In this document: positions 7,879 through 16,647 of the stretch, in pieces
Position numbering within the stretch: the first letter of the stretch is position 1
Layout: every line of letters starts with the position of its first letter
IMG/VR virus record: IMGVR_UViG_3300042898_006838
Span: 1-64,000 of that record
Reading direction: 5' to 3' (one strand)
DNA length: 64,000 nucleotides
Origin: a virus
Program-made: the position numbers and the translations under genes
Notes under the pieces: model-generated
What the model was told of the DNA's origin: nothing
Seen by the model: the letters and a program-made list of their open reading frames with translations, nothing else
Database searches by the model: none

Positions 7879-9830
7879 GTGGGCACCGCGAGGACGGACA
7901 GGAGGCCGGTGCCGAAGACGCTGATCGGAACGATCGTGTCAGCGCTGGTGCTCGTCGTGATCACCGTCGACGGGCTGCCCGCGAAATCGAAGTTCGTCGT
8001 ATCCCGAGTCAACGTGACGCTGAGAGCGACGCGAGCCCCCGCCGTGTCGTAGGCGTTTACGACGATGCTCGATGCGATCGTGGCGCCGGTGTAGGTGTAC
8101 GCCGACTGCGCGAAACTGACGGTGATGTTCACCGCCGCGCCCGACGGCTCATAGACGTAGAGGCTCTGCGACAGGTACCCAGTGGGGGTGCCGGGGGCAT
8201 ACGAGCCGATGTCGGTCGCCCACACGCGGCCCTGAGAGTCGACGCCCACGTCCTGCGTCTGAAGCGACTGGTTGCTCTGGAAGGTCCAGTTTGTCGACGA
8301 GTTCCAAGCGTAGAACTTGATCCCGTCGTCGTAGACCACGGCGAGGCGCTTTTGCGTCGAGTCGATCGGCATGAACGAGCGCACGCGGCCTGCGACGCCG
8401 AGTTCCAGCTTCTGCAAGAAGGTAGCTGTCGTTTTGCTGTCAAGGCGCCAGAGGTACAGGTTGATGGCCGTCGTCGGTACTGTTGACGTCGCTCCCGGCT
8501 CGTACACACCGACGCAGAGGTAGTTCGTGGCACCGTCGACAAACGTCCACGCCCGCACGTTTCGGTTCACGGACGAAGGTGTTGCGACGCCAACGACTGC
8601 GCTGGTGTCGAGGTTCAGCGTCTGGTAGGCGGTCATCGTCTGCGTGCCAGCGCCAGTCGTCAACAGGTCTATGTAGATGCCCGCGACGGCGTTGGCATAT
8701 GACGTGGCGATGCGTGACGTCGAGGCCGTCAGGCGGATCGTCCAGTAGTTCGTGGCCAACGCGAGTGGCGAAGGCAGGGCGCTCGATGTCGTGAAGCGAA
8801 CACGCGAGAAGTTGGGAACGTCGGCTGACGTCGTCACCCAGTCGTTCGCGATGTCCACGCCTGCGGGGGACGTGATCGTGTAGGCGGTGGAGGATGCTCC
8901 GATGGTCGGAGTGCTGGCGAGGTTGCTCACCGAGCCGATCCACACGTTGAGCCCGGTCGTGGACAGCGACGGGTAGTAGAAATAGAAGGACGATCCCGGC
9001 GTCTCCACGATCGCGTTTGACGGGAAACAAAGGGCGTAGTTGAGGTAGCTGCTCTCAATCGCTGGCGGTGTTGATGACAAGATCCAGCTTGCGGACAACG
9101 TCGTCAGCGCTCCTGTGTTTCTGTTGCTTATGTAGGCAGACACGGAACTCGTCGAGTCGTTGGGGACGGCAGTGTCGTAGGGCGTGCCTGCCACCATGAC
9201 CCAGTCAGTGCCGATGTACGGCATCGTGGGGTATCGGAGGATGTTCCCGACTGCCGTCCACACGCCTGCTTCGGTAAGCGTGCCCCAGATGGCTGCCGCT
9301 GACGTCAGGCGCACCTGATATGACGCCGCGTTCATCGTGATCCATCGCGAGTTTTGCGAAGGCAGAAACAGGTAGCCCGGCATGGTGGCACTGGCGTTTA
9401 TCGCCGCCCCCGTGCTGACGGCGCCCGCGTCTATGACGCGAAAGTTGTTGTCAAAGGAAGACAGGAATCCCTGCGCGTTGTAGCCGGAAACACCGTAGTA
9501 GCGGGCCTGCGATGCCGAGTAGACGAAGCTTGTGCTCTCGATGTCTTGGCCGCACGAAATCTTCGTCGAGTCGAACTGGCCTCCTGCTCCGGCAGCAGGA
9601 TAGAGACCCGTGCTGGCCCGCACATAGGTTCGTGGCAGACAAAGCTGACCTACTGCCTGCAACCCGTAAGTACCGGTAGCGCCCGCAGATCCCCAAACCG
9701 TCGGGCCTTGCGAGAACGCAATCGGCGCGAGGTTCGTCGGCGTGAACTCGACGCCCTCGATGAACAGTTTTCCGCCCACCTCGATCACGTTGTTGGCAGA
9801 GCTGGAACGGATGTCGCAAAGGTAAGGCAT
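7875..9830 (-). CDS. Putative receptor-binding/virion protein, beta-propeller-like plus Ig-like C-terminus
   Basis: 651 aa; DVGVDSQGRVWATD propeller-blade motif; S/T/Y-rich; TAATG overlap with the upstream gene. Confidence 0.65.
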   Translation of the reverse strand: MPYLCDIRSSSANNVIEVGGKLFIEGVEFTPTNLAPIAFSQGPTVWGSAGATGTYGLQAVGQLCLPRTYVRASTGLYPAAGAGGQFDSTKISCGQDIESTSFVYSASQARYYGVSGYNAQGFLSSFDNNFRVIDAGAVSTGAAINASATMPGYLFLPSQNSRWITMNAASYQVRLTSAAAIWGTLTEAGVWTAVGNILRYPTMPYIGTDWVMVAGTPYDTAVPNDSTSSVSAYISNRNTGALTTLSASWILSSTPPAIESSYLNYALCFPSNAIVETPGSSFYFYYPSLSTTGLNVWIGSVSNLASTPTIGASSTAYTITSPAGVDIANDWVTTSADVPNFSRVRFTTSSALPSPLALATNYWTIRLTASTSRIATSYANAVAGIYIDLLTTGAGTQTMTAYQTLNLDTSAVVGVATPSSVNRNVRAWTFVDGATNYLCVGVYEPGATSTVPTTAINLYLWRLDSKTTATFLQKLELGVAGRVRSFMPIDSTQKRLAVVYDDGIKFYAWNSSTNWTFQSNQSLQTQDVGVDSQGRVWATDIGSYAPGTPTGYLSQSLYVYEPSGAAVNITVSFAQSAYTYTGATIASSIVVNAYDTAGARVALSVTLTRDTTNFDFAGSPSTVITTSTSADTIVPISVFGTGLLSVLAVPT

Positions 9831-12628
9831 TACTCGTACTCCACGAAGACGACGGCGTTGCTACCGCCGTTTGCGGTGATGAGGGAGATCGTGAGGTAGT
9901 CGGTGGTGAGGACGGTGACCGGAGAGATGGTGACGTCGAGGGAGCGGTAGTCTCCCGCGTCGATCGAGATAGGAGACGGCAGGATACTCACGCCGTTCTT
10001 GAGTACATCGAACTCTGTGACGCCACTGGCATGCTCACCGAGCGACGCCCAGGCCCGAGAGACCGTCGACGTGCTTGGCGGGTACCAGCGTGCGTTCGCG
10101 GCAAACGGGTCGTCCAAAGCTCCCACGAAGTTCCCAACGAGAGTCTTTGCGGCGCCTGCCGCAGCGGCGCCCACGATCGTCGCGCCGACTCGCTTGAGGT
10201 ACTGACCGATGGCGATGCTGCCGATGGTGAGGTCGGTGCTGTCGGTACGCAGGGCGTGGTTGTGATTGCTGCGGGCGAACGTCAGCGCGTCACCCTCGGC
10301 GTTGCCTGCACCGACACCTGCCGTCGGGGCTGCGGTTCCCAGGGCGTCAGGTCCTGTCGGTGCGTGTCGTGCGGCGTGTGCGGCGACGGTGACGCTGTTG
10401 TAGGTGCCGCCCGTGACGTTGCCGACGTTGAGCGTGCCGGTGGTGACGATGTTGCCCGAGCCGTCGACGGTGACGGTCGAGTTCTTGATCACCTTGCCGG
10501 TGACGCCGTTGTAGAGCGCAACGGCATTGGCTGTCGAAGACGCGGGACCGAGGACGTCGCCTCCCGCGGCTGACGGTGACCATGCCGTACCAGACCAGCG
10601 CAGCACGTCGTTGGTCGCTGGCGCGGTGCTGGCGACGCTGCGGTTTTGCAGCTTCGTGACGGTTGCCGACGTGATCGGGCCAGTGAGGTCGCCGCCGACG
10701 GTGACAGAGGCGTTGCCAATCGTGCCCGTGAGCTGACCACCGACGGCGTTAGCGCTGACGTTGATCGACTGGCTGCTGGCCGAGGTGATGCGGCCTTTGT
10801 TGTCGACCGTGATCTGCGGGATGGTCGTCGTCGAGCCGTAGGTGCTCGCCAAGACCCCGCTCGTCGCCAGTCCCAGGGTGACGTTGCCGCCCGCGCCGCC
10901 GTCGGTCTGCGTGAGTTCGCCCACGGCAGGGGTCAGCACGCGCTCCCCGGTGAGGGTCGGGTTCGTCGAGAGGACGACGTAGGCGGAGTCGACCGGGGCC
11001 GCGCTGCCGACAGACGACGGCGCCCAGGCCGTGCCGTTGTACGATAGCACCTGCCCGGTCGTCGGAGCGACCGCCGCGACCGACGTGCCGCGCAGGGCCA
11101 CCACGCTCGCTGCCGTGACGTTTCCGGTGACGTCACCTGAGAGGCCGACGGTGACGTTGCCGATGGTGCCCGACACCTGCCCGCCGACGGCGTTACCGCT
11201 GACGTCGAGTGCCGTCGTCGACACCCCCGTCGCGCGACCGTAATGGTCAAGCGTGATGACGGGGATCAGCGTTGACGAGCCGTAGGCGCCGGTTGGGTCT
11301 GGCACGAGCGGAGTGAGCGTCGCCAGCGTCGCGGGTGACCAGGAAGCACCGTCCCACTGGAGCACCTGCCCGCCGGCTGGGGCGGTGCTGGCGACAGAGT
11401 TTCCCTGCAGGGCCTCGACGGTGGCGCTGCCGACAGTGCCAGACAGGTCTCCACCGACGCTGTTGCCGCTGACGTCGAAGCTCGTCGTCGAGACGGCGGT
11501 GACGTAGCCCTTGTTGTTGACGGTGACGACCGGGATCGCCGTCGAGGAACCGTAGCTGCCTTGCGGGTCGGGAGACAGCGGCGGCGTCGTGACGGCCTGC
11601 GGCTGCCACTCGGACGCGGCTGCGTTCCAGATCAGGGCGAAGCCATCCGACGGCGCGGCGTCGTCGACAGCTCGTCCCTGCAGCGCCTCGACGGTGGCGT
11701 TGCCGACGGTGCCTGAGATGTCACCGCCGACGGCGTTGCTGCTGACGTTGACGGCGGCGGTCGTGACGCCCGTGGTACGCCCGTACAGGTCGACGGTGAC
11801 GACCGGGATCTCGGTTCCGCTGCCGTAGGCGCCCGTGGGGTTGGGCGTGAGCGGCACCAACTCGGCGACCGTGGTCGGCGCCCAGGCCGACCCGCTCCAG
11901 ACCAGGGCCTGGCCAGCCGTCGGGGCGGTGGCGGCTACTGCACGGGTCTGGATCCTGGCGACCGTGGCGCCGGTGATGGGACCGGTGAGGTCGCCGCCGA
12001 CCGTAACCGAGGCGTTGCCGACGGTGCCCGTGAGCTGCCCGCCGACGGCGTTGGCGCTGACGTTGACGGCAGCGGTCGACGCGAGGGTGAGCTGGCCCTT
12101 GGCGTTGACGGTGAACGTCGGGATCGCGGTGCCGCTGCCGTAGATGCCGGCGACGACGCCCGTGGAGTCCAGCTTCGCCGAAGTGACGGCGCCGTCGTCG
12201 ATGGCATTCGTGCCCACTGCGCTCGGCGCGATTGTCGGGTTCGGGTACGTGCCGGTGAGGCTCCCGCCCATCGCCGTCGCGAGACTGATGTTCGGCGTCG
12301 ATCCGCCGCTGGACGACAGCGGCGCAGTGGCCGTCACGTCGATAACGGCGCCGACGCCACCGCCGCCGCCCGCGATCTGCGACGTTACCCATGCCGCCGT
12401 GGCGGCATCCTGCGTGCTGGGACCGGTGGGGTTGAGGAGATTTGTGATCCTGTGACCGGCGCCGTCGAAGGCGATTCCGGCACCGACGACCACGGAAGTG
12501 GCATTGACTCCGCCGACGGTCAGGACGCCGGGCTCGGCTACGTCAATACCGGCGCCCACGATCAGGGTGTCGGTGTCGGGGATCTGTTTTGTTGTACCGT
12601 CATCGACGATAAGGGGACGGCGATCCAT
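9830..12628 (-). CDS. Repetitive tail fibre protein
   Basis: 932 aa; five YGSxTxIPxxTxxxxGxxT fibre repeats, each with an APxxGQxLxWxGxxWxP-type motif; GGGAGG RBS. Confidence 0.85.
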   Translation of the reverse strand: MDRRPLIVDDGTTKQIPDTDTLIVGAGIDVAEPGVLTVGGVNATSVVVGAGIAFDGAGHRITNLLNPTGPSTQDAATAAWVTSQIAGGGGGVGAVIDVTATAPLSSSGGSTPNISLATAMGGSLTGTYPNPTIAPSAVGTNAIDDGAVTSAKLDSTGVVAGIYGSGTAIPTFTVNAKGQLTLASTAAVNVSANAVGGQLTGTVGNASVTVGGDLTGPITGATVARIQTRAVAATAPTAGQALVWSGSAWAPTTVAELVPLTPNPTGAYGSGTEIPVVTVDLYGRTTGVTTAAVNVSSNAVGGDISGTVGNATVEALQGRAVDDAAPSDGFALIWNAAASEWQPQAVTTPPLSPDPQGSYGSSTAIPVVTVNNKGYVTAVSTTSFDVSGNSVGGDLSGTVGSATVEALQGNSVASTAPAGGQVLQWDGASWSPATLATLTPLVPDPTGAYGSSTLIPVITLDHYGRATGVSTTALDVSGNAVGGQVSGTIGNVTVGLSGDVTGNVTAASVVALRGTSVAAVAPTTGQVLSYNGTAWAPSSVGSAAPVDSAYVVLSTNPTLTGERVLTPAVGELTQTDGGAGGNVTLGLATSGVLASTYGSTTTIPQITVDNKGRITSASSQSINVSANAVGGQLTGTIGNASVTVGGDLTGPITSATVTKLQNRSVASTAPATNDVLRWSGTAWSPSAAGGDVLGPASSTANAVALYNGVTGKVIKNSTVTVDGSGNIVTTGTLNVGNVTGGTYNSVTVAAHAARHAPTGPDALGTAAPTAGVGAGNAEGDALTFARSNHNHALRTDSTDLTIGSIAIGQYLKRVGATIVGAAAAGAAKTLVGNFVGALDDPFAANARWYPPSTSTVSRAWASLGEHASGVTEFDVLKNGVSILPSPISIDAGDYRSLDVTISPVTVLTTDYLTISLITANGGSNAVVFVEYE
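10570..12150 (-). repeat. Five imperfect tandem coding repeats within the fibre gene
   Basis: GIYGSGTAIPTFTV, GAYGSGTEIPVVTV, GSYGSSTAIPVVTV, GAYGSSTLIPVITL, STYGSTTTIPQITV, each followed by (N/D)VSxNxVGG; boundaries approximate. Confidence 0.8.
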
Positions 12629-12640
12629 CTAAACCTCCCT

Positions 12641-13072
12641 TCACAGGCGAATGTAGTCGCCGATTTGAATGACGACCTGAGGGCTTCCGCCTGCGCCTCC
12701 GTTCAGCGTGGCCAAGATGCCCAGGCGCTGTACCACGCTGCCTTCCAAGGAGGGAGCAGTCATCGTCACCATACCCGCGGCCGCCGTTGAAAGCCAAACC
12801 CTTTTCCCGATGTCGGCGAGAGTCGGGGCCGGGGTAAAGTTGGCAACGGGAACGTCGGAGACGCCGGTGATGCGTACGGAAAAAGAATCTCCGGCGCCGG
12901 CCCCGGAGACCGAGAAGCCGACAGGATCAAGTCGGCCGCTGCTCCAGACGCCACTGGCCTTCTGTGCCCCGCCCGCTGACAGCCGAATCGGCTCTCCGGC
13001 GAGAATGGCTTCCGCGGCAACAGACTGCATGTCCGTCTGAACTGAGCGGGTTCGTGGTCGTGAGACAGCCAT
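12641..13072 (-). CDS. Capsid fibre/cement-like protein (143 aa)
   Basis: AAEAILAGEPIRL...GKRVWLSTAAAGMVTMTAPS..VVQRLGI, similar to the C-terminal domain of 3732-6890; GGAGG RBS. Confidence 0.6.
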   Translation of the reverse strand: MAVSRPRTRSVQTDMQSVAAEAILAGEPIRLSAGGAQKASGVWSSGRLDPVGFSVSGAGAGDSFSVRITGVSDVPVANFTPAPTLADIGKRVWLSTAAAGMVTMTAPSLEGSVVQRLGILATLNGGAGGSPQVVIQIGDYIRL

Positions 13073-13075
13073 GGA

Positions 13076-13405
13076 TCAACCTCCGGCACGGAGCAGGTCC
13101 AGAGAGTATGTCATCGAGCCGACCGGCGCGACCGTGGTCGTGCTGCGCCCGGTGATTTCGTTGACATCCGTGACCACGACCATGTCCCCGATCAGGCCCA
13201 GGACCTGCCAGCCGCGCGACACCGTGCCGCCCGGGTTGGCGACCGTGTACCGTTGCCAGCCGTAGGACCGGTAGCCGCTGAACGACCAGCGAGGACCGAT
13301 GTCCAGGCGAGCGACTACCAGGCTCGTCGGCAGATCCGGCCACAGGCAGCCAGGGCCCTCGTCGAAGACCCGGCCGTCACTGGTCGTCAGACGCCAGGTG
13401 GTCAC
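13076..13405 (-). CDS. Hypothetical protein (109 aa)
   Basis: Start re-called to GTG 13405 (GTGA overlap with the upstream stop): MTTWRLTTSDGRVFDEG... Confidence 0.6.
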   Translation of the reverse strand: MTTWRLTTSDGRVFDEGPGCLWPDLPTSLVVARLDIGPRWSFSGYRSYGWQRYTVANPGGTVSRGWQVLGLIGDMVVVTDVNEITGRSTTTVAPVGSMTYSLDLLRAGG

Positions 13406-14055
13406 AGGTTCGTGAGGACCCACTGTTCCTCCGCCCACTTCTCGCCGCTGCCTAGTTTGATGACCGGCGCGATAGACGTTGACGGGCTGGCTCCGCTGAC
13501 GCCTGTGGCGTGAATCGTGTTTCTCACGCCCATGGCCATGGACGTGCCCTTGACGCCGCTGGTCATCGCCGTCCACACCGGCACACCCTCGGTGCCGGCG
13601 TTGTAGCTGAACTGCGGCGTCGGCGGGGCGCCGGCGTAGAAGACCTTGACGCCCAGGACCGGCTGGTGACCGCTGGCGCCGGGGACGCTGTCGGACGCGC
13701 AGCCGAAGGCGAGCTGGAACCGGCGCTCCTCGTCCGCCGCCGGTGCCGTGGAGCCCAGGAAGCAGAAGCTGTCGTTGCCTCGGAGCCGGTTGGTCAGCGC
13801 GCCGCCGGGTGCCGCGGTGCCAGGGACCCAGTTCACGCCCGTGGCGCCGGCGCTGGTGCTTGCCGCCGCCACCAGGCTCTTGTTGCCGTTGGCGACTGTG
13901 CCAGCCAGGCTTTCGACCAACGTCGTGGTCATCAGGTGGTCATCCCAGGCCTGCAGCTGCGGCACATCGCTGCACGGCGCGCCGGCGAACCTGACCTTGT
14001 ACACGTTCTGGCCGGCGACGTCGCCGGCGTTGGCTACTCGTTCATAGGTTGGCAT
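13402..14055 (-). CDS. Hypothetical virion protein (217 aa)
   Basis: ATG at 14055 with GGAG; beta-rich; within the structural operon. Confidence 0.65.
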   Translation of the reverse strand: MPTYERVANAGDVAGQNVYKVRFAGAPCSDVPQLQAWDDHLMTTTLVESLAGTVANGNKSLVAAASTSAGATGVNWVPGTAAPGGALTNRLRGNDSFCFLGSTAPAADEERRFQLAFGCASDSVPGASGHQPVLGVKVFYAGAPPTPQFSYNAGTEGVPVWTAMTSGVKGTSMAMGVRNTIHATGVSGASPSTSIAPVIKLGSGEKWAEEQWVLTNL

Positions 14056-14338
14056 CAAGCAGCTCCTGCAGCGTCACCGACACCGCGTTTGGGATCAGGA
14101 GCTGCGCATGCAGTCCCAGGTCCGGGATTCGTAGCACGACACGCGCGCCTTGTTGCAGGGTCAGGGAGAAGACGCCGGCGGCATCGGTCTCCGTCCTCAC
14201 CTCCTCCCGACTCAGCGCTGAGCCGCTGATGAAGGACACGCCGCGCCCGGTCGTGTCGAGGCTCACGGCCACCAACGCCCCGGGCACAGGCGTGCCAGTG
14301 AGAGACTTCAGGACTCCGGTGAGGTTGCAGCTTGGCAT
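14042..14338 (-). CDS. Small beta-sandwich protein (carboxypeptidase-regulatory-like fold)
   Basis: LTGVLKSLTGTPVPGALV...ETDAAGVFSLTL pattern; TGATG overlap. Confidence 0.6.
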   Translation of the reverse strand: MPSCNLTGVLKSLTGTPVPGALVAVSLDTTGRGVSFISGSALSREEVRTETDAAGVFSLTLQQGARVVLRIPDLGLHAQLLIPNAVSVTLQELLDANL

Positions 14339-16641
14339 CAGAATCCAAAGACCACGAATGAGATGTCGATGGCGCTAGAAGATAGATTCCATGTGGAATT
14401 GAAAACACCACCATTTCCCTGAGCCAGGATTCTGAAGTGAGCGTTTGCATCCAGATCTGTGTTGATGTTGGTGACAACGAAATACGCCGTCGTCGCAGCC
14501 GCCGGTGTCGCCATAACGCACAGATGCGTCAGGTCTGCCTTCAGCCAGTCAAGGACAACTTTAACACTGGTTCCAGCCAAAAGAACGCTGTTGACGTTGT
14601 GGCTTGAAAGAATCACCGGAACAGCGCCAGTGCAGTCGATACGGCCCCAGGCCCTGACCATCCCAGGCCTGGTCAGGAGGCCGAGCTCACCTGGGTCTGA
14701 CCCGCTCGCCCCGAGGCGAATGTTGTTGGTGACGTGGAGATCGGTCAGCCTGTGTTCAACCGAGGTATCCGATCCGGCTTGAAGAGTGCCGCGTCCAACA
14801 CCTGCTGGGTTGAAGTACTCGCAGCCGATGCTGAGCATGTACGCGGGGATGGTGGTGACGCCGGCTGTGGACCGAAATCCCACGGCCAGGTGACAGCCCT
14901 CCATGTTGATGTTGCTGCCGGTCTGACAGTCGTAGACGCTGCAACGAGCACCGGCCGCGATGCTTCCGTTGTCCAGAATCTTGAAGCTGACACCCGTCGA
15001 GCCGAAGCGAATGTTCCTGATCGTCTTCGGAGACGTCGCGATCGTGGCCGAGGATTCCGTGTGACGGAAGAACGCGCTTCTGACGCCTCTGACGATACCA
15101 CCGTCGTGAACGATGCCGATCGTGCTGGCCGTGGCGCCAAGGTCCCAGATGTAATCAGGCCTGTCGTCTGGGTCTGCCTCGTCGCCGTGGATCTTACAGT
15201 TATTCAGCCTCGCAGATCCGGACAACACGTCTGACGTCTTGAAGATCGCTGATCCAATACCGGCTCCGGCTTTATGGAACACGCAGCGCTCGAAGAGCAT
15301 GCCGCTGTCGCCGTCCTCGCCGTCATCAGCGCCGACGCTCGTCGGCAGGTCCCAGGTGAAGATGTTCGTCATCTTCACTGTATTGCTGCCATTGTAGCCG
15401 TTACTGAAGTGACAGTTTTCGAAACGCCATCCCTCACGCACGTTTCTGAACAGGGCCTGCGTGTCGTCGGCGACGTTGCGCAGGCACACTCCTGAAAACA
15501 TCAGCCCCGAGAAATCCCAGTACTTCGGAGAGAATCCGGACTTGAAGTTGAATGGAGGGTCGATTTTAGTATCATCTCTTCCCCAGAGAAAATTCGGCCT
15601 TTCATACGCGTCGGTTGACGACTTTCCTCCAAGACCTGTGAACTTCATTCCTATGAGGTCGGTGAGAGTGCTGAACTCCTCTTTATCGGTGTCGATCGAG
15701 TAACCATTTGGCCCGATGTACGTGGCTCTCTCGACGCTGCCGCCGGTTACCGTTGCCGTTGCCCACGGCAGCGACAAAGTCATCGCCGCGTCACTGGCGA
15801 CGCTGGCTACTTCAACGGGCACATTTCCGCCGAGCAGCACGAAGTCACCGGATCTGAACTCACTCTTGAACTTCGTTCCAACTCCGACCACGGCCGTGGC
15901 CGTGTTGGCCACACTCGCCGTGCCGGTCATGGTCAGCGGACTGCTGAGGATAGACGACGTCAAAACCACGCGTCTCGGAGCAGCGCCGGCAGCAGAATTG
16001 GCGAAGGCGGAGCAGAACACGACGGCGGCGTGGAGGTTTGAAAAGTGAGCGTCATCTCCGACGAATACGCTGTCGTCAGACCAGAATCCGCGAGACGTTG
16101 GATGACATGGGACCACTTTCGTGATCACGCCACCGGCAGCGCGTACGAGGAAGAACAGCGGCACGTCACCCTGGTCAGCGCCACCCAGACCACTGGCTGT
16201 GGCTACGGCATCGGCGCTGGTGTCCCAGTAGATGAACCTATTGCCGGCCAGCACCGCGACATCTGAGTAACTCAGTGTCTTCTTCTGACCGTTTCCGTCA
16301 ATAAGATCACCCGACACGTCCAGGTTACTTCCTGATACTGACCATGTGACGCTGATCGATCCAATATTTACAGAGATTGGGCTGTTAAGAGGAATCCACG
16401 GTACAAAAGCTGACCCGTTCCACTGCATCTCGTGAACGAGCCCGCTGCCGCTGGTCTCACGCGCCAACACCACCATGTTCGTGGTGCGGCGAAGCGCTGG
16501 AACCAAGTCGTTCAGGGCTGAAGTGACACTGCCATATACACCGTCGTCCCACTCGATGACGCGGAGTCCGCCCTTGACGTCGGTGTCGGCGACGATGGGG
16601 AACGGGCCGTTGGGAACCCACTGGTCAGCAAAGTTTGCCAT
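14338..16641 (-). CDS. Tailspike / receptor-binding protein with beta-helix domain
   Basis: 767 aa; HFSNLHAAV cap, then rungs WRFENCHFSN, MLFERCVFH, RLNNCKIH; C-terminal VRAWGRI..ILSSHNVNSV fibre-tip-like motif. Confidence 0.7.
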   Translation of the reverse strand: MANFADQWVPNGPFPIVADTDVKGGLRVIEWDDGVYGSVTSALNDLVPALRRTTNMVVLARETSGSGLVHEMQWNGSAFVPWIPLNSPISVNIGSISVTWSVSGSNLDVSGDLIDGNGQKKTLSYSDVAVLAGNRFIYWDTSADAVATASGLGGADQGDVPLFFLVRAAGGVITKVVPCHPTSRGFWSDDSVFVGDDAHFSNLHAAVVFCSAFANSAAGAAPRRVVLTSSILSSPLTMTGTASVANTATAVVGVGTKFKSEFRSGDFVLLGGNVPVEVASVASDAAMTLSLPWATATVTGGSVERATYIGPNGYSIDTDKEEFSTLTDLIGMKFTGLGGKSSTDAYERPNFLWGRDDTKIDPPFNFKSGFSPKYWDFSGLMFSGVCLRNVADDTQALFRNVREGWRFENCHFSNGYNGSNTVKMTNIFTWDLPTSVGADDGEDGDSGMLFERCVFHKAGAGIGSAIFKTSDVLSGSARLNNCKIHGDEADPDDRPDYIWDLGATASTIGIVHDGGIVRGVRSAFFRHTESSATIATSPKTIRNIRFGSTGVSFKILDNGSIAAGARCSVYDCQTGSNINMEGCHLAVGFRSTAGVTTIPAYMLSIGCEYFNPAGVGRGTLQAGSDTSVEHRLTDLHVTNNIRLGASGSDPGELGLLTRPGMVRAWGRIDCTGAVPVILSSHNVNSVLLAGTSVKVVLDWLKADLTHLCVMATPAAATTAYFVVTNINTDLDANAHFRILAQGNGGVFNSTWNLSSSAIDISFVVFGF

Positions 16642-16647
16642 GTCTGA

